From positions 80,042,001 to 80,106,000 of the forward strand of contig OX597827.1 in assembly GCA_951406725.2 (NCBI GenBank): a DNA stretch of 64,000 bases, read 5' to 3'. Made by a program: the position numbers and the translations under genes. Shown piece after piece: positions 9,921 through 24,745 of the stretch; position 1 is the first letter of the stretch, and each line of letters starts with the position of its first letter. This stretch comes from Octopus vulgaris (lineage: Eukaryota). A model generated the notes under the pieces. That model did not search any database and was not told the origin of the DNA. It was given only the letters and a program-made list of their open reading frames with translations.

Positions 9921-12269
9921 CTTTGTAGATTTCTGAAGTGTTCTGTTCATTGTAGACATCTTCCAGTCATCTGGATAGTAATGGCTCCTCGAATGACCAT
10001 ATCTGTCTGTCATCTCTCCTCGATTACCTGACATCACAGGTACACTGTTGTTACCTTGATAGATCAACTGTCTCATCTCATTGCGACATTGGTATGCCTG
10101 TTTCTCTTCTGCTGTTCTTTCAGATGAGCTATTTCTCACATTGTTACATCTCACAATACACAGGGTTATAGAAACCACAATAGCTATAGATACTATCACA
10201 GCTGCTACTACAATGATAATCAACAATGTCGCATCTATGGTGTTATCACTTGGTAGGTGCACAGCTGTGAACATTGGTGACGTCTTGTTACTAACAGTCA
10301 GTGTCAAAGACACACTAGTTGTTGCTGACAGAACTGGAGTACCACTGTCTTTCACAACAAACTCAAGCTCATATGATCCGGCATCATTTTGGTAAACTGT
10401 GCGAGAGTAAGATAACACACCGGTGAACGAGTCCAGTTTAAATAACTGTCTCTCGTTACCTGAAACGATTTCATACCTGAGAAAAGCATTCATGTGACTG
10501 TCTATATCAGATGCTTTCAGAACTGTGATGTCGTTCTTACTTTGCGGATGATAGTGGACATTAAGAGTGAAAGGGTCAACACTAGGAAATGTAAAATATG
10601 GAGCATTATCATTTCTATCCAATACTTCCACTTCAACATTCACTGTGTTATTCAGAGATGGGCTTCCATTGTCTTTCACAAAAACCTCAAACTCATAGAA
10701 ATCTCTGTGTTCTCTGTCTAAAGACTGGTTTGTTGAAATAAAGCCAGAGTTGATAATCTGGAATGGCAGACGATATTGCTGTTTATTTCTCAGAGAATAA
10801 GACAATTCACCTCCCTTACCAATATCTGGGTCTGTAGCATTGATAAAGCCAATAGGGAAATTAGCTTTGTCATTCTCATAGGTAAGGAACTTGAATGTGT
10901 CTTTCGTAAAGTGTGGTTCTACATCATTCACATCCAACACTTGGATTGACAGATCTTTATCAGTTTTCAGAGCAGGTAATCCTTTATCTTCACACGACAC
11001 AGTAAAGTGATAATGTTCCTGTGTCTCTCTGTCTACTGCTTTCTTTAGAACTATTTTATATTCCTTCGATCCCATTGACTGTAGTTTGAATGTGTCATCT
11101 TTGATATGACAGTTCACCTCTCCATTGTGTCCAACATCATTGTCAGTGACCATCACATAAGCAATGAAACTACCAACTTTGATGTCTTCCAGAATGGTGG
11201 CTGTGTTGTGATTCTGTGCAGAAATAAAGTTCACATCAATATTTGGAGGATTATTGTGTTGGTTGATAACATTTACCATAACCGTTGCTATGGAACTGAG
11301 AGGAGGGTTGCCCCCATCTCTGGCTTCAATGTATAATTTAAATGATTTCATTTTGTCAAATTGTGATTCTTTGGCTAAGAATATTTCTCCAGTTTTCTCA
11401 TTTATAATAAAATTATCTTTTGATTCTGTTGATGTTGTTGGGCTGATATAATATGAAACTTTACCATTTTCTCCAATATCAGAGTCTTCTGCCATCATTA
11501 CAACAACTGGTCTATTCCTTTGATGGTTATTTTGTATAGAGACATTGTATGTTTTCTCGGAGAAAATTGGTCTGTTATCATTTTCATCTTTCACAGTTAT
11601 GTGCACATTTAAGACACCCTGTTTGGGTGGAGTTCCTCCATCCTTAGCAATCACTTCTATATTATAGCTGTCTTTCGTCTCTCTGTCTAACTTTCCTTGT
11701 AATATAATTTCAAGAAAAGATACTCCGTCTGCTCTTTTGAATGTGGACAAAGAAAACTGTTGGTTACTTCCCTTTAATTCATAATTCACTAATCTGTTCT
11801 GTAATCCAACATCTTTGTCAATGGCATTGGGGATGGACTTTTTCCTACCTTTTCCATCTCCTTCTCTAAGTTCCAGTTTAATTTGTTCCACAGGAAACTC
11901 TGGTTGATGGTCATTGATGTCTTCTATAATCACCTTAATTTTCAATATCTTTATAAATTTACCTGCTTTATGAACGGCTACCTTAATTGTGTGAAAGCAT
12001 TCTTTCTCAAAAGTACACAGAGACTCAGCATCCAGTGTTTGTGTGGTGTATATCTTCCCAGTGTTGGTCACATTAAACAGCTGTGTTCCCTTCTGTTGCA
12101 ACTGACTGAACGATAATAATGCAGTGTCCTTTAACTGGGAATCAGCAGTAATGTCTCCTATGTTGATAACAGGACTGTTCTCTTCTTTCACATGGTAAAC
12201 AATGTCTTTAGAGACAGAACAGTGAAGCAGAGACTGTAATATCCATATCGCTATTAAGACCATCTTCAT
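9921..12269 (-). CDS. PCDH: Protocadherin G2 large exon
   Basis: Near-identical twin of G1; exon starts 12297, ATG 12269, donor AAG|GTAAGC. Confidence 0.93.
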
Positions 12270-14137
12270 TTGTTGAGTTAAATACCAGTCAATTGATCTG
12301 AAAATATAAAAGGTACACAACTGCCAGTCACATTACAGAAACAAATAATAGATTTTTAATAGTAAATTCGTGAATTTCATTCACAATAATGTTGTAATTT
12401 TAATTGTAATTTGGGAGTTGAGTTGTAGACAATAAAAATATAATCCACTCCATCCCAACAAGAAGAGAAAAACTCATTTGACTTGGATCAGACGTATAAT
12501 TTAACAATCAGCAAAACAAAGTGAACTGTCCATCAGATAAAAACCCAAACCAGAACACACACAGAAGAAAGACTGATATGCGAGGAAGGATGTTCATGTG
12601 TGGAAAAAACTCTTCATTGTCTTATCCCTAACACACAGCAAAAAAGACATCTTTTATTGTCTTTCTATTTCTTCCTACTTTGCCTTTATTAACCACAATA
12701 ATATCTGAGACATTACTGAAGATGATGGTGTTGGTGATGATATTATATTTGTAAAATCTTTAACAAAGCTTCATAATATCCATTGCTATCTTTAGACAGA
12801 GGGTAAAGTAGTTGCTATTATCAGCAAATCAAGCAACAAGATTGAATCATGCCAATGGTTCAAAGGATGACACAGAGTTACTTTCCCCCCTCAAAGTCTG
12901 GCATTAAAACGATATAAAACAGATTTGAGAGACAACATAAATAAATGGAAAAACTTGGGAATTGCTATAAAAGGTGTATTTCTCTCTATAAGGTATTTAA
13001 ACAAGGTCTTTCTAGTAAAAAATATGTCTGTGTGTAATGGTGAATATATATTTCACACAATAACTTTAAACATTTATCTTATTTAATAATTACTAATAAT
13101 TTGGGGAAAAGTTAAAATCACTAGGGAAATAGGGTAGAGAGGATTGTCAATGAAGAGGTCATATTAAGTTAGAGAATTGGCAATTAAGGAAAAGACAAAA
13201 AATCTAAAATTAAAACTGGTCAATATTCTTCATTTATCTACTATGATTCTCATGGTTGCATTGGATCAATTTTGGAACTTCTAATTAAAAATATTGAAAC
13301 AGAAAGCTAGCAACATTATATATTCTCTTCCATATACAAATGGCAATTAAGTTACAAAAATGCAGTTATTACATTTTAAATGAAATAATATATTTTACAA
13401 AAAATTAAAATGAAATTACTTTTATTTTTACAAGAAATATTGAATGACAGAAAAAGCTCCTCATTCAATACTGGAAATCTATATAAACGGCATTTAATTA
13501 AAAGATATTCATTAAACAAGATCAAATATGACAGAAGTTTTAACTCAAAAGCAACATTATGCTAATACCAATAAAATCTGATACAATATTAAATTTAGAA
13601 AGACTTAAATAATACCACAACACAATATTGATTATTTATGTTGACACTAAACCACCATCTTGTCAACTCTTCTCCCAGTTTCACTTCAATATTTTATATT
13701 AATATAACCCATTCTTACATATAAACACAATAATGATACTTGACTCTCTCAAAACATCCTTCACAAGAAACACTCAATTTTTTTTTTAAATACACACAAA
13801 AAAGAACATCTTCTGGTTATATATTATACATTATCAATACTGATAATAATAGGAAGATGTCTGCAAATAAGAGACAACAAACTGACTGGATTTAAATATA
13901 TTTCACTTGAAAAATAACCATAATTAAATATTATTTCACACTTCCTAACAGCAAAATATCAATCATGAACATATAAATCTCAACAGAAAGCGTGTAACTG
14001 GCAAAGACCATCTTTAAATGTCTACTGACATAATTTCTATTTGTTATATTCTATAGTAAAAGATGGCTGAAGAAAGTTTCTACAACAATCATCAGTCAAA
14101 TATCTTAATAATACAAAATAAACATTCATAGACTTAC

Positions 14138-14525
14138 CTTCATTGTGTGTAAAATCCTTTGTTGTATAAACTGTGACTTGGTCCCAATGTTCTGTTGTTA
14201 ATGGTTGTCTGTGTCACTGCTGCTATGGTGTGACAATGGCTTCATGTTGATGGAATAGTGTTGGTGGTGAGTCAGTGGGAACCAGCAGTTCCCTCTCAGT
14301 CTTCCTTTGTGGATGTGTGGTGTTTAGTGAGTGTGTGTGTGCATATGCGTGTAAGAGAGAGAGAGAGAGAGAGAGGAGGGATGGGTGATGCTTGCTCCAG
14401 CCTCACACACACAAGATGCTGTGTTTCCCTCAAAGAGAAGAGAGAAAGAAAGAAAGAGAACAAACAATATCAGCTCCACTAACAGTCAGCCATAAGAAGT
14501 CTATATAACACCAACATGTCTGATG
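14138..14525 (-). promoter_or_regulatory. Conserved leader exon/promoter cassette (probable exon 1 of G2)
   Basis: Copy of 33-420; donor ATGAAG|GTAAGT. Confidence 0.6.
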
Positions 14526-15123
14526 TAGAGAGAGAGAGAGACTGGCATAGATATATATATATATTCAGTGTTTCATATGGATCTCATATTAACAAAACAT
14601 CACTGATATTGGTAAATATATTACTAACAAATGATGTTAATATAGAACAGTTCTGGTTAAGATGTGTCTGACCTAAATATACACCCAACCTATAATGGAG
14701 GATGTAGGAACAAATAGAGAAGGGATATTCTAATTTTCAGGCAGGTTTATTTTGGTATCATTTTTAAATATAATTTCCTAAGTCTTAGATTTTAAAAACA
14801 CTGCTGTAAAAAATAGAGAAAAATATTTTAAATGTATTCTAATTTAATTCCAGAGATATTTGGGAAATATAAAAATCACCTAACTGAGAATATTAGAGAA
14901 AAGAGGAGCGTATATAAAACATTAAGTGTGTGTGTGTGGTTTGAAATGTTGCTGACTTCACTGTTAGTGTCCATATATTCTATCATAGGTTGGAATATAA
15001 TATTGTAATTGTGAGGTAATGAGAGAAGTTATTATATTTATATTAGTTTGTGTGAGTGAGTGGGGTTGGTGGTTATTTGAAATATTATTGTAAAGGGTCA
15101 ATATTTAGTTAAATGACCAGTGG

Positions 15124-15242
15124 TCAGTTAGTAATGACATCTGGTGTTGAAGGTAACTGTCTCTCTGGAGGTTTCACATATCTGTCTTGATACTGTTGTC
15201 TTTCGGGGTTCCCTGGTGTATCCTGTTGGCTACCATAGATCC
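15124..15242 (-). CDS. PCDH: Protocadherin G3 terminal exon B
   Basis: Near-identical to G1/G2 exon B; TGA at 15126-15124. Confidence 0.85.
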
Positions 15243-15410
15243 CTGCAAAAGATTGTTTTAATGTAGCAATGTCTGAAACAATCACCATCATCAGAAATAC
15301 TCTAGGGACACACAGACAGAACTAATTACATCTCAGTCTACAGCAATAATTAGTACAATAATTAGTAATGAATTACTGTAATATTAAATGAGAATCAATT
15401 GTTGTCCTAC

Positions 15411-15564
15411 CTGACATTGCTGGTATTTCTTCATACTGTCTACTTGACCGCTCACTCCAGCACTGTCCACTGCTCTTATGACTGGTCAATGTGTCAGTGG
15501 GATAGTTAGAAGATGGTCTGTTGTCTCCATAAGATGTCACCTCAATCGGTTGACTGTATTTCTG
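15411..15564 (-). CDS. PCDH: Protocadherin G3 tail exon A
   Basis: 154 bp, CAGCAG acceptor, GTAGG donor. Confidence 0.85.
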
Positions 15565-16392
15565 CTGTAAAATATAATAGTAACAAGAGTTAATGTAAAC
15601 ATATCATTCACGATTGACAATGCTAATGAATAACTCATCCTACTTTCGCTGAATTTATAGAAAGCTGCAGCATATGACAATCATAATAATCATTGTTATG
15701 ATCATTCATTGTACTGTATTTATCTGATATTGAATAAATTATCGTAGTTTCCTTCTGGAGAAATATATGGTGATATGTTTAACTTTGAAAATATTACCTC
15801 AAATAATTAATAATAGAATATGGTAGTTGCATTAACAACTAATACATGATTAACCCAGAATATCAGTTAAAGATATTTTATGTAAACCTTGAAGTAATTC
15901 CAAACTTCATATTTATGAGAACTCTTCAAATGTTTACAGTGTAAATATTTGGAAAGAATATTGTAATAATGTTGAAAATGCATCTCTCCGGATGTTCCAA
16001 AAAGATTATTAAAATCATGCTAGCCCTTTTATCGTGTTCAATTCTGCAGGGATCTCAAAGAGTAGCAGGGCCACTACATAATGAGCAGTGTCTATGTAAT
16101 TACACTGACACCTGGAACTATTTGGTGTATACTTTAAAAGCCATGAAGGGATAAAAAACCTCGAAGCAGGATTCACAGATATTTGAAAAAAGCATGTGAA
16201 ACAGAAATGTAAAGATACAAAGCATTGTTTTTGATGTTTTGCAAAGTGAGACCTTCTATCGCGGTCTGCTATTCACTTCTAATGCATGTCTTAGTGTATC
16301 AGATTTACTTAACATACAGCAATAATTTCAAAAACTAAATAACTCAAACATAAAAATAAGTTTGCAACATATTTACCTAAAATAATACTTAC

Positions 16393-18759
16393 CCTTGTTG
16401 ACTTCTGGAGTGTTCTGTTCATTGTCGACGTCTTCCAGTCTTCAGGATAGTAATGGCTCCTCGAATGACCATATCTGTCTGACATCTCTCCTCGATTACC
16501 TGACATCACAGGTACACTGTTGTTACCTTGATAGATCAACTGTCTCATCTCATTGCGACATTGGTATGCCTGTTTCTCTTCTGCTGTTCTTTCAGATGAG
16601 CTATTTCTCACATTGTTACATCTCACAATACACAGGGTTATAGAAACCACAATAGCTATAGATACTATCACAGCTGCTACTACAATGATAATCAACAATG
16701 TCGCATCTATTGTGTTATCACTTGGTAGGTGCACAGCTGTGAACATTGGTGACGTCTTGTTACTAACAGTCAGTGTCAAAGACACACTAGTTGTTGCTGA
16801 CAGAACTGGAGTACCACTGTCTTTCACAACAAACTCAAGCTCATATGATCCGGCATCATTTTGGTAAACTGTGCGAGAGTAAGATAACACACCAGTGAAA
16901 GAGTCCAGTTTAAATAACTGTCTCTCGTTACCTGAAACGATTTCATACCTGAGAAAAGCATTCATGTGACTGTCTATATCAGATGCTTTCAGAACTGTGA
17001 TGTCGTTCTTACTTTGCGGATGATAGTGGACATTAAGAGTGAAAGGGTCAACACTAGGAAATGTAAAATATGGAGCATTATCATTTCTATCCAATACTTC
17101 CACTTCAACATTCACTGTGTTATTCAGAGATGGGCTTCCATTGTCTTTCACAAAAACCTCAAACTCATAGAAATCTCTGTGTTCTCTGTCTAAAGACTGG
17201 TTTGTTGAAATAAAGCCAGAGTTGATAATCTGGAATGGCAGACGATATTGCTGTTTATTTCTCAGAGAATAAGACAATTCACCTCCCTTACCAATATCTG
17301 GGTCTGTAGCATTGATAAAGCCAATAGGGAAATTAGCTTTGTCATTCTCATAGGTAAGGAACTTGAATGTGTCTTTCGTAAAGTGTGGTTCTACATCATT
17401 CACATCCAACACTTGGATTGACAGATCTTTATCAGTTTTCAGAGCAGGTAATCCTTTATCTTCACACGACACAGTAAAGCGATAATGTTCCTGTGCCTCT
17501 CTGTCTACTGCTTTCTTTAGAACTATTTTATATTCCTTCGATCCCATTGACTGTAGTTTGAATGTGTCATCTTTGATATGACAGTTCACCTGTCCATTGT
17601 GTCCAACATCATTGTCAGTGACCATCACATAAGCAATGAAACTACCAACTTTGATGTCTTCCAGAATGGTAGCTGTGTTGCGATTCCGTGTAGAAATAAA
17701 GTTCACATCAATATTTGGGGGATTGTTGTGTTGGTTGATGACATTTACCTGAACAGTTGCTATGGAACTGAGAGGAGAGTTACCACCATCTCTGGCCTCT
17801 ATAAATAACTCATAAATAACTTTCTCTTGTAGACTTGAGGTTTCTGTTAGAAATATCTCCCCTGTGTCTGCTTTCAACTGGAAATGTGTACTATCCATTT
17901 CTGATGTCATTGGACTAAAATGATACGATATTTTCCTATTGTCCCCACTGTCAGAATCCTGTGCTGACACTGTGACGACTGGTATGTTGGTTTTATGTGT
18001 TTTTGCGACTGACACATTATATATTCTCTTTGAAAAAACAGGTCGATTATCATTTTCATCGTCAACTACAATCTTAACATTTAACACACTCTGCTTGGCT
18101 GGAGTTCCTCCATCTTCTGCAATAACTTCTACATTGTATAATTCTTTTACCTCCCTGTCTAACTTTTCTTCTAGAACAATCTGAAGGTATGATACACCAT
18201 CAGCATGTTTGAATACTTCCAGAGAAAACGAGTGATTAGATTGCGATAATTTGTAATGAATTAATCTGTTTTTAAAACCAACATCTTTGTCAATGGCATT
18301 TGCAATGGACTTTTTCATTCCTTTGCCATCTCCTTCTCCAAAGTGTAAAGTTATTTCCTTGTCTGGAAACTCAGGTTGGTGGTCATTGATGTCTTCTATG
18401 ATTATTTTGACTTTTAAAATTCTTACAAAAGTTTTCTGTTTGTGAACAGCTACTTTAATAATCTTCGAACACTCCTTATTATATCTACACAGTGATTCAG
18501 CATCTATTGTTTGAAGAGTGTAGAGTTTCCCTGTTGTTGTGACATTAAATAATTCTGCCTCCTTTTGTTGGAGTTGATTAAATGTAATAACTTTTAGTTC
18601 TTCTGATGCAAAGGACTTCAAAAATTGTTTACTGGATGCAATAGAACCTATATATGTGATGGGACTGTTTTCTTCTTTCACCCGGTAAGTGAGGTTCAGA
18701 CAGTGATAGCACTGAATTATTAAAGACATCAGCCACAGAATTCTCCACATCTTTAACAT
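16393..18759 (-). CDS. PCDH: Protocadherin G3 large exon
   Basis: Six EC repeats and TM; acceptor TTTTTACAG (exon starts 18763), ATG 18759 (MLKMWRIL), donor AGG|GTAAGT. Confidence 0.92.
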
Positions 18760-18924
18760 ATCACTGTAAAAATAAGAAAATAAAATGCGAAAAAGCAACT
18801 CATCAATTAACTGTTTCAAGTAATCATGTTTTGGATTCATAAGATAAGAAGAAGACAGTTCTATAATTCAAACACAAGTGATGCAAGGAGCTAACGAGAC
18901 AGAAAATCTTATGAAATAGGATTG

Positions 18925-19010
18925 CCAGCTCCTGTCAAACCGTCCAACCCATGCCAGCATAGCAAAGAGGCGTTAAATGATGATGATGATGATAATGATG
19001 ATGGTGATGT
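18925..19010 (+). mobile_element. Retroposon 3' end with (TGA)n tail
   Basis: aaccgtccaacccatgccagcat...gttaaatgatgatgat; related copies at ~34360-34500, 50970-51080, 51190-51242, 63150-63303. Confidence 0.6.
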
Positions 19011-19924
19011 TGATCCCTACAAACTTGAATCAATAACCAAGCGAGGCAAAGTCAAAGATAAGAAACCAAAGCAAAATCAGACCTAATTGATATTGAAATA
19101 ACAATAAACATGAAAGAGCTTTACAATTTAAAGGAAGGGAGCACTACGAAACAGTTGTCATCATCATTGGCCAGGAGGGACGATAGAGACCAAAGGATTA
19201 AAATACCACGAGGTACCAAATAAACGAACCCGAGGCGATGGTGCCTAAGCAGAGTTACTTCCCTTCTATACTGTTCCTTTGTACATTACTTCGTTACACC
19301 AAGAATCAGTAATTAGATTTTTGTAATGGCCTTCTTTATTTTGCTTTTTGTTTATATTTGACCATGTACAATATATTCTATCTTATTTATAAAAATATCC
19401 CTTGTATCCTCCCTTTCCGACGATGGAATGATTATGGAAGCAAAAATCGAACTCCGACATACAAGACTAAAATGATTCACTGTTGGAAAACTCACAATCA
19501 TCATCATTGCTATGTCCACTTGGCCGTGTTTGCAGAGGTCAGACGAAACTCATAGAAGCAGATTTTCTATGTCCAGCTGCCCTTCATGTTGTCAACCCAC
19601 ACTTGCTCCCAAGCAAGGTAATATTCCCCCATGATCAGACGTTTCTCACAGACTGGAAACATGTAAAAACCACATGTAGCATAAAGACCTTTGTTCTACA
19701 ACTCTCATACAATGTCCCAACAAGGCACTACACACACACATGCCCACATGAATATATATACATACGTGGTGGAAGTCAACTCGTGACCAAGTAAGGCCCC
19801 TTCCTAAACTCACTAAATCCATTCAATCGTTCTGAGAGTCCAAGAAGTTCCTCTGTGTGAATTTGTTTCGAGTGGGTAATGTGTTGCACAGCACTGGACC
19901 TACTTTTCCGTGCTATCAGTTATA

Positions 19925-20418
19925 AAACCAATGACACAACAGAGGAGGTCAAGACACATTGAAACTCCGACGTCTGGCAGCTGACTTGGCAGACACCCAT
20001 AAAATTATTAATCATCTTACATACAATAACTCTGAGCACCTTTTCAAACTCCACCCATCTAACACCCGTGGACATGTTTACAAAGTAAGAAAACAGCACA
20101 GCTCCCATGACTTCAGGAAACATTTTTTCACACTGAGAGTTGCTGAAGCATGGAACAAACTGCCGGCATCAGTTGTTAGTTGTCAGAGCACTGCATCCTT
20201 CAAAACTTCCATGCTTCCTGAGATTCGCCAACACTACACCTGATCTTCTCCCCTCCATACACACACAAGCATGTATCTGACTCATACATTGTTCGCTTTC
20301 CAGACATTTCTACATTACTGCATGTACTTTATATGCACTTTCTGACAAGTTGTGGTGCACCTGAGCACTGTATACAATAATTTCATTATTATTATTATTA
20401 TTATTATTATATTATTAT
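19925..20418 (+). mobile_element. 5'-truncated CR1/L2-clade LINE (RT C-terminus, 3'UTR, ATT tail)
   Basis: ORF 19959-20243 RRLAADL..HKII...TRGH.YKV...RKHFF..RV...WNKLP..VV....SFK is the typical CR1 ORF2 C-terminus; ends in (ATT)n. Confidence 0.85.
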
Positions 20419-21199
20419 AAAACGACCAGAAACCATCATTCCATGCTTTTCATATGCAAACCAGAGGGGCTCGCTCTGAGCACTCCAAATTTTTTTTTTT
20501 TTATATGACTTTACCTTCTTGTAGAAGGAACAAGAACTGGGAGTCCTCCACTCCCCTTGGTACACATGCTAGTTAACACATAGCTGGAACCCTAACAGGA
20601 ACTACCACTTTGGGTGAAGAGTAGACCTTGGAATAGCAGAGACTAAGAGGTAGGTCCTTGCTCCCCAGGACACATACACACACACACACACACACATACT
20701 TGTGTATAATATAATAAAAGGATAGACAGGCAAACAACAGGTTTCAGGTCAGGTTATGAGACGTGTGTGTGTGTGTGTGTGTGTGTGTTTATACAAAATG
20801 TAAGGAGAAACAAATATTTTTTTAAGGAGTTTAAATCACAAGAGATTGATAAAAGTTCAATTCAGAAATGTTAATAATGGTTGTGATATATGCTAGCATA
20901 CTCCCAGAATAATTATTGATCTCTTGTAATTTGAACCCCTTAAAACATTTGTTTCCCCATATGTATTGTATAAATGTATATGTCATAAACTGACGCAATA
21001 CCAGTTGTTTGCTTGTTTCTCCTTTCACTCTATTATACACGACTGATACACTGCCAATAGGGAAGCCCCATTTAAATGGCTATAACAATCCTTGCATTTT
21101 AAGTTGCAGTTGAAGATGGAGTTTAGGCAAGAAGTCACCCTGAGAACTAACAGCATGGGCCTATTGCCTTATGTCACCACACATCACATTACATACAAC

Positions 21200-21610
21200 A
21201 GAGAGCACATCATCAAGCTGACAATAATTAATTTGATTTCTCAAATCATGGATCCATAATCTTATAACAGCAAAATCTCTGTTACTCAGATGAGTTGTTT
21301 CGTCACTTAAATTGCTGTTATCATATACATTGGCTAATTTGTACATAAATCCTATTTTCGATTCTGGTTCGTAAAATATTTCCTCATTCAAAGAAATCAA
21401 TATTGTCTAAATATTTCTATGAAAGATGTTTTCATTGTTACTAGTGACAACAATATACTTTCTGTCTCTTGTGAGAACGTACAGTAATTTTTAGATTTTT
21501 CTTCTTTGCCTCAAGAATGTGAGTAACAGAGATTGTGCTGTTATAAGATTATGGATATATGATTTGAAAAATCAAACTAATTATATTGTCAGCTTGATGA
21601 TGTACTCTCT
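21200..21610. mobile_element. MITE-like element with ~90 bp terminal inverted repeats
   Basis: 21200-21288 (agagagcacatcatcaagctgacaa...gttactca) is the reverse complement of 21520-21610. Confidence 0.7.
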
Positions 21611-23539
21611 TTAGGCCAGTTCAGGTGTGGGCACGTGCACCTTTGCAACATGTCGCTGCATTCACCATATAACATCTGTCAGGGAATATGCAACCCATCA
21701 AGCAGTCACAGTGAATCCCCATCACCATGTGATGGGGATCTCCTCATCTGCTGTGACCAGGTATCAGGAGGTCAACCTTAGAGAGCCATCAGCCCCAGCT
21801 GGATCCTCAATGAAGGGATCACAGAAACTTGAGCAACATGGTCAAACAGACCAGTTTCTATGTAACGTAATAAGCTTCTGTTTAAAATGGACAAATATTT
21901 TCACTGTAAACACAAATAATCAGATTCTAAATCAAAACCTCAAAGTGATACTACAGATAAAATAATGACATAATATAGCATAACCAGATATCTTGATAAT
22001 ACATATAATGCCTCTCCCTCGGTGGGAATACATGCACAAAAATCAAGACAGGAGTGGCATTAGGAATGACTGTCTTAATGAATAAACTTTGCATCACCTT
22101 CTTCCTTAGTTTGTACTTTGCTTTAAGAACTATTCCCCCAATCTTTTTTTCAAGATAATCAATAATATGTTCAATATTATAGAACTTTTAATCATATATA
22201 TCACCTATTCTACCATATATAAAAAAATATATGTGCAAATATCATAACACTGTAACATACATAGATAGAAATATCTCTTAAGATATATGCAAAGGTTATA
22301 AGATGTACAAATAATATTATAGTACAGTATTTAAACAGACATCACGATGGCAGCTATGTGTAATAATAATTGAAATAAATGTTGGTTGGTTCGTTAATTT
22401 CTGTAGTGATGCTTTACAATGTATACAGAGGTGGCAAGAGAAAATAGAGAAATAAGAAGAGTAGGATGAGTGTGCATACTAGGCTGGGTGGCAGGCAATG
22501 AGTAAAATAATCACAAACACACACACACACGGAAAAAAATCAAGGAAGAGAAAATAAGAGTAACAAATATTTTTCTTTTGAAAATTAGCATCATTTCATC
22601 ATTTTGTGCGCACACCAAGAAATTTGATAAAATTATTGTACATATGCCTTATTTTCTGATATTACCCATGATGGCAGAAGTATACTTCCAAAGTTACCAG
22701 TCTAATGACGGGTAACAGTCTAGTTTCGTATACACTTCTAAATTACATACATATAACAAATATACTTGTGTACACAACCACCACGACATCCAGCATCCAC
22801 AATATATGCTAATGCATATACAGAAACAAAATTACTTGTCTTCTCTGAAATGTATTTTCATAGTCCTTTTCTTAATCTGATAATATCATTTACAATTAAT
22901 GTTTGATAATCATATGTCATAGTGTGACTTGTGCATGCACGTGTGTGAGAGAGAGAGAGAAAGAGAAGGGGGGAGAAAGAGGGAAGGAGAGAGAAATAAA
23001 GAGAGAGTGAGAGAAAAAGGGAGCTTGTGTATGTGTTAAGGTCTACTACACAGATGCCATTAGATAATATATAAAGATATTTGTTTTGTGAAGTTCAGAT
23101 TAAAGCAATATAGAATGATATAGGGAAGACATTTTGTCACCTCTTCTAGTAAAAATCTACAAATTCCATGAAAATTAGTTCCAAATTAAACATTATTACA
23201 AATTACTCTGCAGATTATACAGTCTTTTTGCTACAAATAGTTATCTGAAGACATATTCTCCATTACATGTGTTTATATTCTCTCACAACCAACCAAGCTA
23301 TCGACTTCTGTTACATATCAATGAGAGATAGAACAGAAGCAACAATATTTGACAGACATAAAATAGAAATTTTTAGTAATTTCGAAATTTCAATTTTTAG
23401 TAATTTTGAAATTTCAAAAGGAAGTATTGAGAAAGGAAAAATAAAATAAAATTGCAAAACGGAATTATTATTATTATTATTATTATTATTATTTTGTGGT
23501 GAAATGTGAAACCATTATTATCATAATTATTTGTAGGGT

Positions 23540-23759
23540 GTGAAACGGACAGAATGACTGTTGTCTGAAAAAATGCCTTGCACTAGTTTCTTCAGATTTT
23601 TACATCATTCTGAGTTCAACTCCAACCAAGGTCAACTTTATCTTTCATCCCTCCAGGCTTGATAAAATAAAGTACCAGTTAAGTACTGGAGTTGATTTAA
23701 TTGACAACCCTGCACCACCTCCCACTCAACTGCTAGCTTTGTGCCTAAACCAGAAATCA

Positions 23760-23760
<1 letters not shown>
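23540..23760 (+). mobile_element. tRNA-derived octopus-type SINE (family 1), diverged
   Basis: ctgagttcaa...ggtcaacttt..ctttcatcc...gataaaataaagtaccagt shared with 42263-42505. Confidence 0.65.
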
Positions 23761-23801
<41 letters not shown>

Positions 23802-24340
23802 TTCTTCATTAAATGAGGGATATTTTCAGTGCCAGTTCATGTCAGTGTTGTTTTATTTTCCAGATAAATTTCAAATATTAAATCAAAGTAAGTTTCCATT
23901 TGTGATAGTATTGTGTGTGACTCTAACAAACTACCTCAAATCTAAGAAGATGAGATTGCAGCTTCACACTGTCAACAACATCCTGACATGCTGCCTCCAT
24001 CTTGTTTAGTTTTGTTTTAGGTTTGGGAAGTCTTGTCTATTGATGTTCAACTTGGAGGAAAATGTTTCATCTTAAGTGGAAAGCTTCTATTGAAAATCCA
24101 TTTTAAAAGATACAAATGGAAGATATTCTATTCAGAATGGAAACCAAAGAAGAAAACAAAGTTTCCTTCTAAAGAGAATATTAAAGAGAAATAATGAATT
24201 TTCAAGCCAATAATTCTATGTCAATGTTCCCACAATTGTTAAAACTAGATCGTCCATATACATATTGTTCCTTTGTTATACTTTCTTCCTTATTTGATTA
24301 AATAAGTGAGGATCAGAGTATGAAAATGAAAACTACTTAC

Positions 24341-24745
24341 ATTCATTGTGTGTAAAATCCTTTGTTGTATAAACTGTGACTTGGTCCCAATGTTCTGTTG
24401 TTAATGGTTGTCTGTGTCACTGCTGCTATGGTGTGACAATGGCTTCATGTTGATGGAATAGTGTTGGTGGTGAGTCAGTGGGAACCAGCAGTTCCCTCTC
24501 AGTCTTCCTTTCTGGATGTGTGGTGTTTAGTGTGTGTGTGTGTGAAAGAGAGGGAGAGTGAGAGGGTGAGAGAGAAGGATGGGTGATGCTTACTCCAGCT
24601 TCATGCAAACTAGATGTTGTTTCTCCTCACACAGATGAGGCAGAGAGGGAGGGAGGGAGAGAGAGAGAGAGAGGGGTAACACACTATCAGCTCCACTAAC
24701 AGTCAGCCATGATAAGTCTATATAACACCAACATGTCTGATGTGG
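24341..24745 (-). promoter_or_regulatory. Conserved leader exon/promoter cassette (probable exon 1 of G3)
   Basis: Invariant core and donor ATGAAT|GTAAGT; flanks unrelated to other copies. Confidence 0.6.
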
